The notes beneath the pieces were generated by a model, which saw nothing but the letters and a program-made list of their open reading frames with translations, was not told where the DNA came from and did no database searches. A stretch of 63,942 nucleotides of DNA, counting the filler, from Octopus bimaculoides (Eukaryota): NCBI RefSeq assembly GCF_001194135.2. It is 5 parts of 5 records of this genome, joined end to end, with 100 filler letters (N's around TTAATTAATTAA, not from the genome) between each part and the next. Parts side by side here need not be neighbours in the genome. Positions count along the whole stretch, not along the records: positions 1 to 13,169 come from NC_068982.1; positions 13,270 to 44,389 come from NC_068986.1; 3 more parts are not named here. One strand, given 5' to 3'. This document shows positions 12,011-24,539 of the stretch, in pieces (within the stretch, counting starts at the first letter, position 1; every line of letters starts with the position of its first letter). Position numbers and translations under genes: made by a program.

Positions 12011-12611
12011 TATTCAGATGAAATGAGGAAGTGGATAGGTGAACTGTGAATGGCTCTTGATTGGCGAAGTTTAACGGGCGACCATTTTTTCTAGTAATGA
12101 AGTGTGACTGCCGATGCTGATCTTGTTGATATTGCTATTTAGTTGTGGTAAGGGTAGTAGTAGCAGTAGGACATGATGGCAATGATGTTGATGAGTCACT
12201 TGTGGTATTCAGCAGAAATGAGGAAGTGGATTGCTGAACTGTGACGGGCTCTTGATTATGGAGTTCATCAACTGTGCTAGTACTGATTTTAATTTTAATG
12301 TTGACGATGCTTTAGCTCAGTAATATATCTTTCTAGGGATTTTTTGGGGGTGGGGGGTTCTTTTTATTTTAGTTTTATGTTTATATTTTGGGAAGAAACC
12401 TAACTTTTAAAGCAACTTTTTACAGATAAACTTTTAAACACTATTTTCTAGATACATAGGGGGTGCAATACTGAATTTTGCATACGCACACATAATTTTA
12501 AGCTCGCCCACACACATAATTTTAAGCTCGCCAACACACATATACACACACACTCGCCTCCATTCACAAATACACACCCACACACTATTTTTACATACAC
12601 ACGTATATATG

Positions 12612-12879
12612 TAGAGGGCGCATGGCCTAGTGGTTAGTGTGTTGCTCGTGAGATAGTGGTTTCAATTCCTAGCAAAATACTTAATCTCACGTTGCTCTGC
12701 GATCACTTGGACACCTGACGCGTGGTACGCCGTGCGCCTGTTCGAGTAACGTCGATTTGATGGAGGGAGTAAGCTAGTGTGTAACACTTGCATTTGATCA
12801 CTGTAAAGAAATCATTTGTGCTGGTCATTCAACAAAAAGCTGGAGTTTCAGACGTCGTCTTCTGCGGGAGAGTCCATCA

Positions 12880-12880
<1 letters not shown>
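12612..12880 (+). mobile_element. tRNA-headed SINE ending in (TCTA)n
   Basis: GGCGCATGGCCTAGTGGTTAG A-box-like head and GGTTTCAATTCC B-box remnant. Confidence 0.65.
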
Positions 12881-12932
<52 letters not shown>

Positions 12933-12949
12933 GATCGTATCTAGATAGA

Positions 12950-13169
12950 GTACTGTGTAGGAGAGTAGATAGAGATAGCATAGGGTGTCCACAATTTCAC
13001 ATAGTCAGCTACACGGATCACAAACTTGTGACGTGTACACTAGACTTAGATAAGACACATAGGCAGGGCCCCGGTTACTGGAAACTAAACGCGTCTTTCC
13101 CGTCGAGACAGGTTTTCAGAGACCGGATTAGCACGTTAGTAAAGAGGGCTTTGACGGGAGCTATCATCA
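12950..13169 (+). mobile_element. Tx1/L1-clade LINE ORF2 fragment (end of endonuclease domain)
   Basis: VSYTDHKLVTCTLDLDKTHRQGPGYWKLNAS matches the SDH...GPGYWKLN motif; truncated by a spacer. Confidence 0.8.
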
Positions 13170-13269
13170 NNNNNNNNNNNNNNNNNNNNNNNNNNNNNNN
13201 NNNNNNNNNNNNNTTAATTAATTAANNNNNNNNNNNNNNNNNNNNNNNNNNNNNNNNNNNNNNNNNNNN
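13170..13269. other. Artificial 100-bp scaffold-join spacer
   Basis: N44-TTAATTAATTAA-N44. Confidence 0.95.
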
Positions 13270-13630
13270 ATATATATATAAAAATATGTGTATGTATATA
13301 TGTATATATGTGTGTGTGTATGTGTATTTGTGTGTGTTCTATGGCTGAATCTATAAATTTACTTCGCAACAACGATTATCGTGTTCGATTCCTGCCCGTG
13401 TCATATTGGGACCAGAGGATATTTGTATAAGCTTTCTTGCTTGGTTCAACGCTGTATATATCCAGCACTGTATATATCCAGCACTGTATATATTATTATA
13501 TGTATGTTTGAGCGAATGTCTGTGTATGAGCTAGTGCCTGTGTATGAGCGAGTGTGTGTGTGCGTGAAGAGAGAGAGGAACGCTTGTAATGCAGCGACGA
13601 AGTGATATCGCTTTAATATAAAGGAATAGA

Positions 13631-13828
13631 AGGCTGCGGGCTGAGAGAATCGTTAACACGTCGGTTAAAATGCTTAGCGCCATTTCGCTCGTCTTTACGT
13701 TATGAGATTAATTTACTCTGAGGTTGAGTTTGCCTCTTCCTTTCTGGGGCGATAGGTAAAGTATCAGTTGGCCACCGCTACCATCTTTCCCCGAATTTGT
13801 TGGCTTTGTGGCAAAATTTGAAAACAAT
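13631..13828 (+). mobile_element. SINE family B, degraded
   Basis: AGAATCGTTAACACGTCGG..AAATGCTTAGCG..ATTTCG head region. Confidence 0.65.
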
Positions 13829-13882
13829 ATAAAAGAATACGATTAAGTGCCGATTCATTTTTTCAAATAAATATGTGTATAG

Positions 13883-14032
13883 GCGCAGCCGTGGCCGTGA
13901 GGTAAAAAGTTTGTTTGCCAAGCACATGGTTCCGACAGGGTGTCAGTTTTGGCAGGTGTCTTGTTTTATAGCCTGGAGCCAACCAAGGTCTTGTAAATGG
14001 ATGTGGTTGACATGAACTGAAAGAAGTCTGTC

Positions 14033-14097
<65 letters not shown>

Positions 14098-14280
14098 TGT
14101 GTGTGTCCCCGCTGCTTCACAACCGGTTCTGATGTGCTTATATCCCTGTAACCTAGCGGTTCGGCAAAAGGCTTCGATAGAATACGTACCAGGCTGAAAT
14201 AATTAAGTACTGGACTCGATTCATTCTTCAAGCCGGTGCCCCAGTAGGGCCGCAGTCTAATGGCTGAAAGAGATAAAAGA
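13883..14280 (+). mobile_element. SINE family A with internal (GT)n
   Basis: GGCGCAGCCGTGGCCGTGAGGTAA head, GTAACCTAGCGGTTCGGCAAAAG core and GCCGCAGTCTAATGGCTGAAA..ATAAAAG tail. Confidence 0.85.
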
Positions 14281-16689
14281 TCAAAGATATATTTCATTAA
14301 CCGCACAACAGTTTTCTTCCTGCCTTCATAGATTTATAACACTGCATTTAGTTTTGTTTTTTTCTTTTAAATAATGACATGTATAATTTTTAATTAATGT
14401 TGTTCGTTAATAATTACTTATAAGAAATTTACGAAATATATTGGTTTGTTTTTGAAACTTTTGATACTCCAAGTCTATGATATCAATCATTCTATCAAAA
14501 TATCGAAGTATAGAACTTAAAGTGGCCAATGCTTCTTACCAGACACACTATCTCCTGTCTTTATCATTCCTGATCACCAACCAAACTGATTTTTCCGTCA
14601 TTGTTCTCCTCTAGTCATTGATGTTGGTCAACCACATATTTTTAGTCTTGTTACTTCACTAGATGTTGATAAGACAAATATAAGATTAAAACTGAAAAAT
14701 ACGCCTTCCGAAAAATACGAAAACAATATTACAGGACTTCATTCTCTTACCATATCTGATAACCACGCTCTCTGGCTTTGTTTTTGTTCGTTTTTTTTTT
14801 CTTCCTAGATTTGGTGTAGAATCTTGTTCCGCCCTGATAGATTTCATGCATACAGGAACCTAAACAACGGGAAGTGATACATTTATCCAGTGAATTACGC
14901 ATATATATTTACCACTGCACTAATTTTAAGTGAGTACCGAGCATAGCGTTCTTCATGAAATGGGTTAGAATGACAGCGTTTGAAGCATATTCAATTCACA
15001 TCGCTCTCAAGTTTAGTCCTCCAAGTCTGTAGTTAGTTAGTATTGTCAGCAGCAGATTTTACTAACGTAATTGGACATAGACGGGAAAGCGGCAGTTAAT
15101 GTCATTTCTTACATAATTCCCTTTCAAAGACGTTGGGTTTGTTGTTGCTTTTGAAGATGTTATTGTGTTTGTTGTTGATGCTGATTCTATTGTTCCCGAT
15201 AAGAATACCTCTAACAGTCGAGAAGAGGTCTGATGGAAATTTGGTGGTAACTTTTAACATGTTGATTGACCTCAAACATATCATCAATGACTCGAGTTTC
15301 CACCTCGATTTAAGAAATTTAATAAAAATAACCAGAGGAAACGAGAGTGTGTCTAGTCTGCTTCTTCATGTAAACTTTGTGATGGAATGTTATTTATGTT
15401 GCTTATAGGAAGATCTTGTATTAGTAACTGTTTTGTGATATTGTAAATATTTTGTGTTGTTATAGCAAGATTGAATATGTTCATGGCACGGACCGTCTAG
15501 TTTGGAGCTTGCTAAACTAACAAATGTATTCTATCATATACCCAGGTGTTCTTTTTTCTGATTCCAGTATATTTGCTTCACTCATTGTATGTTGGTGTAG
15601 TCGATGCGCAGACAATGATGATGTCATTTACAATATTTTGTCTGTTTAGTCTCTTATTTGTAGACATATTTCTGGTCTCAGGCTGGAATAAAATAATTCA
15701 TGATGGGTTTGATATATTGTCTGTTCGTGACTGTTCTTATTATTTTATGTTGGTTAAATATGTTACATCTAAACTCTTCATTTGTGCTTGTGCGTCATTC
15801 AACTTTAAGCTTTTTTTTTTAAACTATGTATCATTATATATCACACACGTGCGTAGGTGCGACATTACTGAATGGATCAGCCATTTGATTAGCAATGACG
15901 CAGTTCTATGTTTTATCTCAATACTTGACATCTTTGGCATATGTCTTTTATCTATAGCCTCGGGTCATCCAAAGTCTTTTGAATTAATTTTTTGACACAG
16001 AAACTGTATAAAACACCGACAAGTGGTTTGAACCGCTCATGCAAATGGTACAGCTTTCCCACATATTTTGTAAAGCTGATTGTGCCGAAGAGTCACTTTA
16101 GGTTTATTGGTGTCTGTGAAAGTGTCATCCTTCCACTGACGCCGAGATTCAGGATTCAACTGAAGTTTCATCGTCAAACTAGCGATACTCTCTACCTCTT
16201 GTGCGTGTTCTGGACATTAAAGTCGTTGAAGGAAACTCCAGGTATGTCTGCGCGTGTTATATTTATATTGTTCGTTATTGTTATAGCTATTATCTATATT
16301 GTTGCTAACTATGTAAAGTATATTTCTATTGCGCCACTTTCTTGAGAATCGAGGAATCTATGCTACCTGTCAGGTAACCAGTGATGTACATTAGCAAAGT
16401 ACATTAATGAAAAATCATTACCGAAATACACCATAGGAACCATTGAAGTATCATGGTTTCTAATTTAATCTCAATGCCAAAACCTTTGCGCGATGGTGAA
16501 GGGGCAAGATAATCGATACGATCGTTCCCAGTGTTTGATTGGAGATTTATGTTATCGACCCCAGACGGATGGAAGGCAAGATTGGTCATGGCAGGATCTG
16601 AAGCTAGAATGTAATCTGATAGTGGAAAACATTTTTCGACGATCTAATAATTATGGTAGCTGGCTGCCTTCTTGAGAGCATTGAAGCAT

Positions 16690-16900
16690 AATGTTTTATC
16701 ATTTTGGCACAGGGCCAGCAACTTTGAAGAGAGGAGAAGTCACTTGCCTCGACCCCTATGTTCAAATTGTACTTATATTTTTCGACGTCGAAAGGATGAA
16801 AGGTAAAATTGATCTCTGCGGAATTTCAACTCAGAACGTAAAGAACGGGAAGAAATACCGCTAAGAACTTTATCCGGTAACGATTCCGCCAGTTCTCCGC
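16690..16900 (-). mobile_element. SINE family B
   Basis: GAAAGGATGAAAGGTAAAATTGATCTCTGCGGAATTTCAACTCAGAACG. Confidence 0.75.
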
Positions 16901-17384
16901 ATTAGCATTGAAGTATAATACCAGAAGATACAAGCTGTTTAAGTAACATGAATTTATTAACAATTAAAAACATGTGTTATGTCTCGGATAATCTTAGTTT
17001 TAGACAGAAGTTGCATATTTCGTCATATATTCCAATTGTTAGAATTAATTATCAATTAATTAGGGAAAAAATTCAAAGCTTATTAGTCAATATCTTATTT
17101 CAGCTCACCGCCTCTTTCTCGCCACCCCACCTTCAGTCACCCTAAAACAAACTGTCTGCTGGTGTAACATATAAAGTTATGAACTATAAGAACAAGTGTT
17201 AATGTTTTGGTTAATCTCTCTTTCAGAAAGAATTTGCATATTTCGTCGCCTCAGTTTGGTAAATATACCGACTGGACGACAAAAGTCATTAATTCATTTA
17301 GAAAATAGTATCGAAAATAGTTATTTCTTTTTTAAAAAAATCTCGATGAATTTAATTAACCGAGATACTATTAATATTCTTTAT

Positions 17385-17600
17385 GCTAGAGGCAATGGGG
17401 CCTGATGTGTTGGGGCTACACGATTATATCGACCCCAATGCTTAGAAAGTACTTATATACGGACTCGGAAAGGATGTAAAGGAAAGTCGACTTCGGTGAT
17501 ATTTGAAATCAGAACGCAACGCCAGAAGAGATTCCACAAAGCCTTGTATCCCACTTGGTAATGATTCAACCATTTCGTCACTTTCAGGATTCTAACAATT
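17385..17600 (-). mobile_element. SINE family B, degraded
   Basis: GGAAAGGATGTAAAGGAAAGTCGACTTCGG. Confidence 0.7.
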
Positions 17601-17807
17601 TTGTTGAAAAATGAATATTTTTTTTCTACAAATCTTAAGTTGACGAAACAAAAGCAAGAATGAACATTCGTATTCAAGGAGAAACCTTGAAAGCAGATAC
17701 GCCAGGGTCGGGATTGATCATAGCTGGGATGAGGTAATGCAAGGGAGAAGACGTCAAGTCGTATATTTTAGCAGTCACAGCGACATATTGTTATTATTAA
17801 ACCGCAT

Positions 17808-18247
17808 TAAGGCGGCGAGTTGGTAGAATCGTTAGCGCGCTAGACGATATGCTTAGCGGTATTTCGCCTGTCGCTACGTTCTTAGTTCAAATTCCGCAAA
17901 GGTCGACTTTGCCTTTCATCCTTTAGGGATCAATAAATTAAGTACCAGCTGAGTACTGGGGTCGATATAATCGACTTTCACCACCCGTAAATTTCAGGCC
18001 TTGTGCCTATAGTAGAAAGAATTATTAAGCCTCATTAAGGTGGCAAGCTGGTAGAATCGATAGCGCGCTGGACAAAATGATTAGCGGTATTTCGCACGTC
18101 ACTACGTTCCGACATCCTCCAAGGTCAACTTAGCCTTTCATCCTTCGGAGGCGATAAAATAAGAGCCAGTTAAACACTGGGGTTCGATGTAATCGACTCA
18201 TCTCCTCTCACCAAATTGCCGCCCTTTTAGCAAAACTTGAAACCATT
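17808..18247 (+). mobile_element. Two tandem SINE family B copies (~17808-18025 and ~18036-18247)
   Basis: Each begins AAGG(C/T)GGC(G/A)AG(T/C)TGGTAGAATCG and carries the GCCTTTCATCCTT core. Confidence 0.85.
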
Positions 18248-18874
18248 ACTGACTCTCACTATTAGAGCATTATTTGTCACGTATCTCTAAGACTAATGAG
18301 GTAGACGAATATGTATGCAAGTTCAATGGCGGTACTCATGCAATTACTTGCCACGATTTTGCTCCGTAGGGTATTATACAGGGGATCATAAAATCAACGG
18401 GCAGAGGAAAAGGGAGATATTATTTGCTAAGGATAGACATATCTATAACGCTATATTGTTTAGATTCCCTCTTCTTAAATTAATATGTAAATGTATAACG
18501 AATGTCCTCGGTTCACCGTTACTGAGATATGAAAAGGGAAATTAATGATGCTAAATATAAAGCTTTGCTGGTCATCTTTTCGTACACATGCTGGATTCAC
18601 ATTGGTCGTATTAGTTATTTCATTCTTCTAGAGAACGATGACTTTGCAGAGTTTTGTATGATTAGTTAATATTATTTGTACTCTTCTTGCTATATAATCC
18701 CAATTGGTACATGTGTACAGGATCGACTGACTGTGTGCGTAAAGATCAATAGGATGAAGGCTCCAGATGTACATACATGTTTATGAGTGTGTGTGCATAT
18801 GTGTGTGTGTTTGTGTATGAGTGTTTTTGTGTGTGTGCATATGCACGTGCGTGTGTGTGTGTGTGTGTGTGTGA

Positions 18875-18928
<54 letters not shown>

Positions 18929-21299
18929 ACATTCTCATGAGAAATATACTGTACACTCGGATAGGTAGAAGTATGTCACTCGACATGCAGTGTGACACCA
19001 CGAGTATCTCAACAGCATTCTGTTTTTGAAGGTCAGTATATTCTGATTATAACCATTGTGGAGACGTGCATCTTCGAATCATGTAGACGGCTTCGGTTTC
19101 AATCTACGTGAAGCTAAGTACGATAATTGAGAATATTGAAGTTATTGCTGTTGTTAACCTGTAGCTATATTTTTAAGTGACTGTTTTATTTCAATTTATT
19201 ACACTTTTGTGTTATTTGTGTGGTAAATGGAGACTGATTTTTATCAAGCTGTGAGTAGCAAAATAATATTTGTTTGGTTTTGTGCTTACTTTTAAATCTT
19301 CAAAAACCCAATGAGAGACCTTCAAAATATGTTAGTGAACCAATTTCCAAACTAGCCAGTTATGCAATTCTCAAGACAACTCGATGCTATTATCACAAAT
19401 GTAAATTCTGTATTAATAAATTCAACAAAAGTTTTGTGAAGGAATGACGTTGAAAAGGGAATTAAAGATATGATAAAACAAAATATAAACGATTGGAAAA
19501 CTGATTTTTCTACTTTCTATGGCACCAAACGATTTGCCTTGGTATCATTTTTCCAATAAAATACTTGCTAGGTGAAAACGTTATCCTTATTCCTCGCTCT
19601 ATTTATACAATTTTCCAGATAACGTTCAAGGTGGAATATGAAGAATACATTTTCTCACTAATACTATTTGCAAATTAATGAAACTGTCCAATCGTGCTTT
19701 AACTTTGCTATTCAGTGACGACAAGGTTTTGAATTACGAAGGACATTTCTAAAAAGGCAAATTTAGTTGTTTGCCGGTTTCTAAATCAATTTCAATAATG
19801 AACTTTTCATTGCTGTTTATCTTTCTTCTGTAAACTCAATTTTAGATCCAACAATATTGGTAGCATATAATTTTGTTTTAATTAAAAGATGCGTCTTACT
19901 GTGTGTTCGGTTGAAAGGAAATGAAATGATAACGATTGCAGTTCTTCTAAAACCAGTGACATTGATGAAGTTTACAACCATGTTGTTTTGTTGATGGTGG
20001 TAAAGAACGAACGTGGCTGGGAAGGAATTACCAGATATCAGAGAGATGACATTTTGGAGAGACTAAGCTCTTGGAACCATAATTAGAGCTTGTGCTATGG
20101 AAAGACATAATTTGGAAAACTAGAGAAGGATATACATTTCGATAGGCGTACAGGAGTAGAGACAGTTATATCCAAGGGATTATAGATTGGTATGACTGTA
20201 GTACAAATGGTAGACAAGGGAAAAACACATGTGTGGCGGAGTGATGCAAACATGCCTATATATTTAGTTGTAGCCATATCCCTGATGTGATAATATTCTT
20301 CTATAATGTTTGCACATTAATTTTCCTATAGTTTGTAGAGATTCGTTGGCAGTTAGTAGTCTCTATAGACTGAATTATATTTGTTATAGGTGAGATAATG
20401 CAGTTTTTGTGGTCCCAACACGATAAAATGTCTAATTTCCTTGAAAGTGCTTATACATTATGCTTGTTATTTGTGATGATTGCATGTTCATAAAGAACAT
20501 GTAGTCATATGCAAAACCGTCATGTTTGTAGACAATCGGAAAACTATACGCAGAGAAGTTTGAACGATGAAACTGAAATGCCTTTCATTTAACAAAAGAG
20601 CAATGACATCAATTTCCAAATATGTCAGAATTTATTATCTCTGTATGAAGATTCGCAGTACTAAATGCCATTTACTGATGAAAATAACACAAGCCAATAC
20701 AACTATGTTATAGAATTAGAAGCGAAGATATTTTGTATAACCAAGCTGAATTACTAGAGTTAATTGTGCAAGCTTTCAAATTACCATGGGTAGCATTTAG
20801 TAAGAAATAGCAAATTGTACTCGCGATAATGCATTATAATTCGATAGGAGTACTTTCATGTTTCCAATAGTTTTTATAGAGTGTATATAAGTTTTAGAAA
20901 GTTAAGATGGTCTATTATACAGTAACATTTATTTTATATGCAGCTTGTAAGAAATATAAACAATGTCCATTAATTGTTTATTATGGCATTACAATTCCTT
21001 CAATAAGGTCTTTAATGTTTGATTTTCCAATAAATTCTTTCTCAATATAATCACATAATGTAAATGCGATTCCGCTCGCAAGTAGTTTTGCATTGAAACT
21101 CAATGAAACCAACAATTATATTTGAAATATTATGTAAAGATTACTATCCAATATTTAGTTATAATAATCTATCTTAAATGATGGATGTATTATGAGAACC
21201 AATTATCTAAATATGATACACAAACATTTATATCAGTGTATGTAACTGCATAGAATATATGTTTCTATTTGTTTCACACTGTTTCTCTTGTTACAGACA

Positions 21300-21331
<32 letters not shown>

Positions 21332-21495
21332 CTCAAGAGAAAGACAAAGAGACAAGTCGATAGTTATAATTATATATATGCGTATGGCGTATGAGCGTGT
21401 ATGTGTGTGCATGTGTCTGTCTGTCTCCCTTTGTGTGTGGGAGGTGCATATGTGTTTCTAAGTGTGTATGTGAGTACGCACACACACACGCACAT

Positions 21496-21546
<51 letters not shown>

Positions 21547-23125
21547 TTATAAATGTAAGGAAACAACACGTTGTTGTAGAATTTATATTTCTGTCAAATA
21601 CGTTAATGATTGTTTCCATTACTGTTTACACAGAGCAATAGTCGCTGTATAATCGCTCAGGAAATTTTAAATAAAATAGCTGAGTCCACAGCGCAACAGT
21701 AAACCTGGTTCTTATTGGGCGAGGTGCGTCATATAATCACTTGTATAAATGGAAGGAATATTATCTTTGCTGATTCGAGTGCAACTTTATTAGAGAAATG
21801 AAGCGGCCAGATAGATGAGAGACAAGAAACTCCATGCTACAGCATCATCAGATGTTCCATCACTGAACCATTTAATGATTGTGGCGATACAGAATAAATA
21901 TGTTATACTCGTATGGAGAGTAAGGCGAAAGAGCCTCGTGTAGCATATGATATTTGTGCGACAGTTAAATTATTAGAATGTTGTCAATTTTCATGCAGGA
22001 TATTATATTTCAAGCAAGTTGACAGAATCGTTATAGCTCCGGATAAACGTTTCGGACTAAGGGTCTTGTAGTATGCATTCCGAATACTGAAAGGTAATTA
22101 GTCTGAAACATTTATCTGAAGCTAATCCGATTTAAAATCTTAAGAATTGAAATCTGCCTTCCCTTCATCCAGAGTCGATAACACAAAAGTACGAATCAAG
22201 AACTGATGTCAATGTTTTGAATATCCCTTCCCCTTAGCATCAGAACTGCAGTTATGATTTTTGAAAAAGTATATGTAGACACCTTCGTGATTCGAAAACA
22301 TGCACTTCAATAAAAACACTTAATCTCTTTTAAGTCATCTGTATGATCTTCATTATCAAGATATTTCACTCCGTTAACTCATTCTCATCTGGACTATTCC
22401 ATTTTTTGGATTCATTACCACGAGAATGCTGTGTCATACCAGGCTAGTAAGTGATATCTACTCACCTCAGTTCAATGATTTCCCAACATTCCATACTCCA
22501 TATTGCTATTTTACGTTTCAGTATTCTGAACGTGGTCTCTTGTTTTTCAATTTTAATTCTATCTGCAGACAATCAGATTTTACATGATGACTACATGACA
22601 CATTTCTCATGTACAACATTGTTGACAGTTTGTCGGTAACGTTCAAGAAACCATTAAGAATTTGCTTACAGTTATGTCTTCTCCCGACACAAACTATATC
22701 AGAGCTATGGTTAAAAATAATCGATATCAAGCAGAGATAGGAAGACCTACTGAATTTGTATTATATTGTCAGATTCATTGTTCTGATGTTTTGATGTACG
22801 CAAAATTGTATTAAACAAAAATCACAAAGAAAACGATTGCTAACAATTTTTTTTCTTCTCAGAAATAATATTATTACAAAATATTTCTATCAAAAGTTTT
22901 ACTGATGAAAAGTGATTTCATGGAATGTCTTTCAATGAAAACGACATTACATGAAAATTAGTAGCACTTATATACATATTCTAACATTTATCAATCTATT
23001 TGTCTATTTATCTATGAATCATTCGATCTATCTCTCTGTCTATCTATCTAACACACTCTCTTAATTATATATATGTATGTGTGTGTGTGTGCATGTATAT
23101 CTATCTATTTCTTTCTCGCTCTCTC

Positions 23126-23170
<45 letters not shown>

Positions 23171-23998
23171 TCTCTGACGCAAAATACTGGAATTGAAAGA
23201 GGCGTGATTGAATTTTACACAGTATAAACATGAACATATCCCCAACAACACACACACACGCTTCATCAAGCAATCCTCCTTAAAATTAAATGTTTGAAGG
23301 TAAAGTGGAGAATTTGAATTACTTATTCCAAATGTGGCTCGTGTCAACAACTGTTCATATATATATATATATACAAATAATACAGAATGGGACAAGGACG
23401 TAATTTCGATTAAATATCATGCAGGACCTTGGAATGGCCGACGTTCAAGTTTACTTTACATAACAATTCTATTGACCGACACTACGCCACGGTAAATGCT
23501 TGAAGTTTTCATTACTGGTTTAGGCATAAAGCTAGCAGTATTGAAGGGGATCCTCTGGATTCTATCTCCTCAGTATTTGACTGGAACATATATGTTATCG
23601 CTTCTGGAGGAATAAAAGTCAAATTTATCAAAGTTAACCTTGGATGGATTTGAACTCCGAACCAAAAGCGTGGAACATGTACTGCAATATAATTTATCTG
23701 ACCCAGTAACCAATGTACCAAGTCAAATGAAATATGATATCCTATATAGCGAGCGAAACGACGCTATCAATTTAACGCACGAACAAATATCTTTTGAGTT
23801 TATGTCATTCTGGGAGAAAACTTCCTTGATAACAGAGCTTGCTGATCTTCGTCTCCATTCATCCATGTGGGGAAAAGTTTTCATTCCCGGCCCTCATAAA
23901 CATTTGCTAAGCTTCAAATTCTTTAGTTATTTTCAGCGAGATTTATTGAGTGACATCAAGAAAAGGAGTTCATATATTGTTTATGCTTAAATAAATAA

Positions 23999-24033
<35 letters not shown>

Positions 24034-24179
24034 TATAAGAAGGGATGACTATGTAATACAATTTTTCAGAATTTGCAGATGTTTTTATATGTCATGCTAC
24101 AGGTTTTAAATTGACGTTAATTAAATTAATATTCAATTTATCACCCTCAGTATATAAATATTCATATATATATATTCAT

Positions 24180-24370
24180 TTATTCTTTTATTGTTTCAGT
24201 CATTTGACTGCGGCTATACTGGAGCACCGCCTTTAGTCGAGCAAATCGACCCTAAGACTTATTCTTTGTAAGTCTAGTATTTTTCTATCCGGCTCTTTCG
24301 CCGAACCGCTACGTTACGGGGACGTAAACACACAAACATCGGTTCTCAGGTGATTGTGGGGTGATAATCA
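24180..24370 (-). mobile_element. SINE family A, 3' half
   Basis: TTTCAGTCATTTGACTGCGGC...GCCGAACCGCTACGTTACGGGGACG. Confidence 0.85.
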
Positions 24371-24539
24371 CAGCCATGCAAACATACAAACACAAACACA
24401 CACACATACACACACACATACACACACACACACACACACACATATTCTATATTTATTTTATTTATATTTATAACATTGTTTTGACCATAGTTTTTATACC
24501 GCAAATCTTAAATCTTTTATTTGTTAGTTGGTATTTATT

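Noticed and set aside
19980-20320. Possible decayed exon (Cys/Trp-containing, lectin-like)
   Set aside because: Stops in all frames and no convincing motif spacing.
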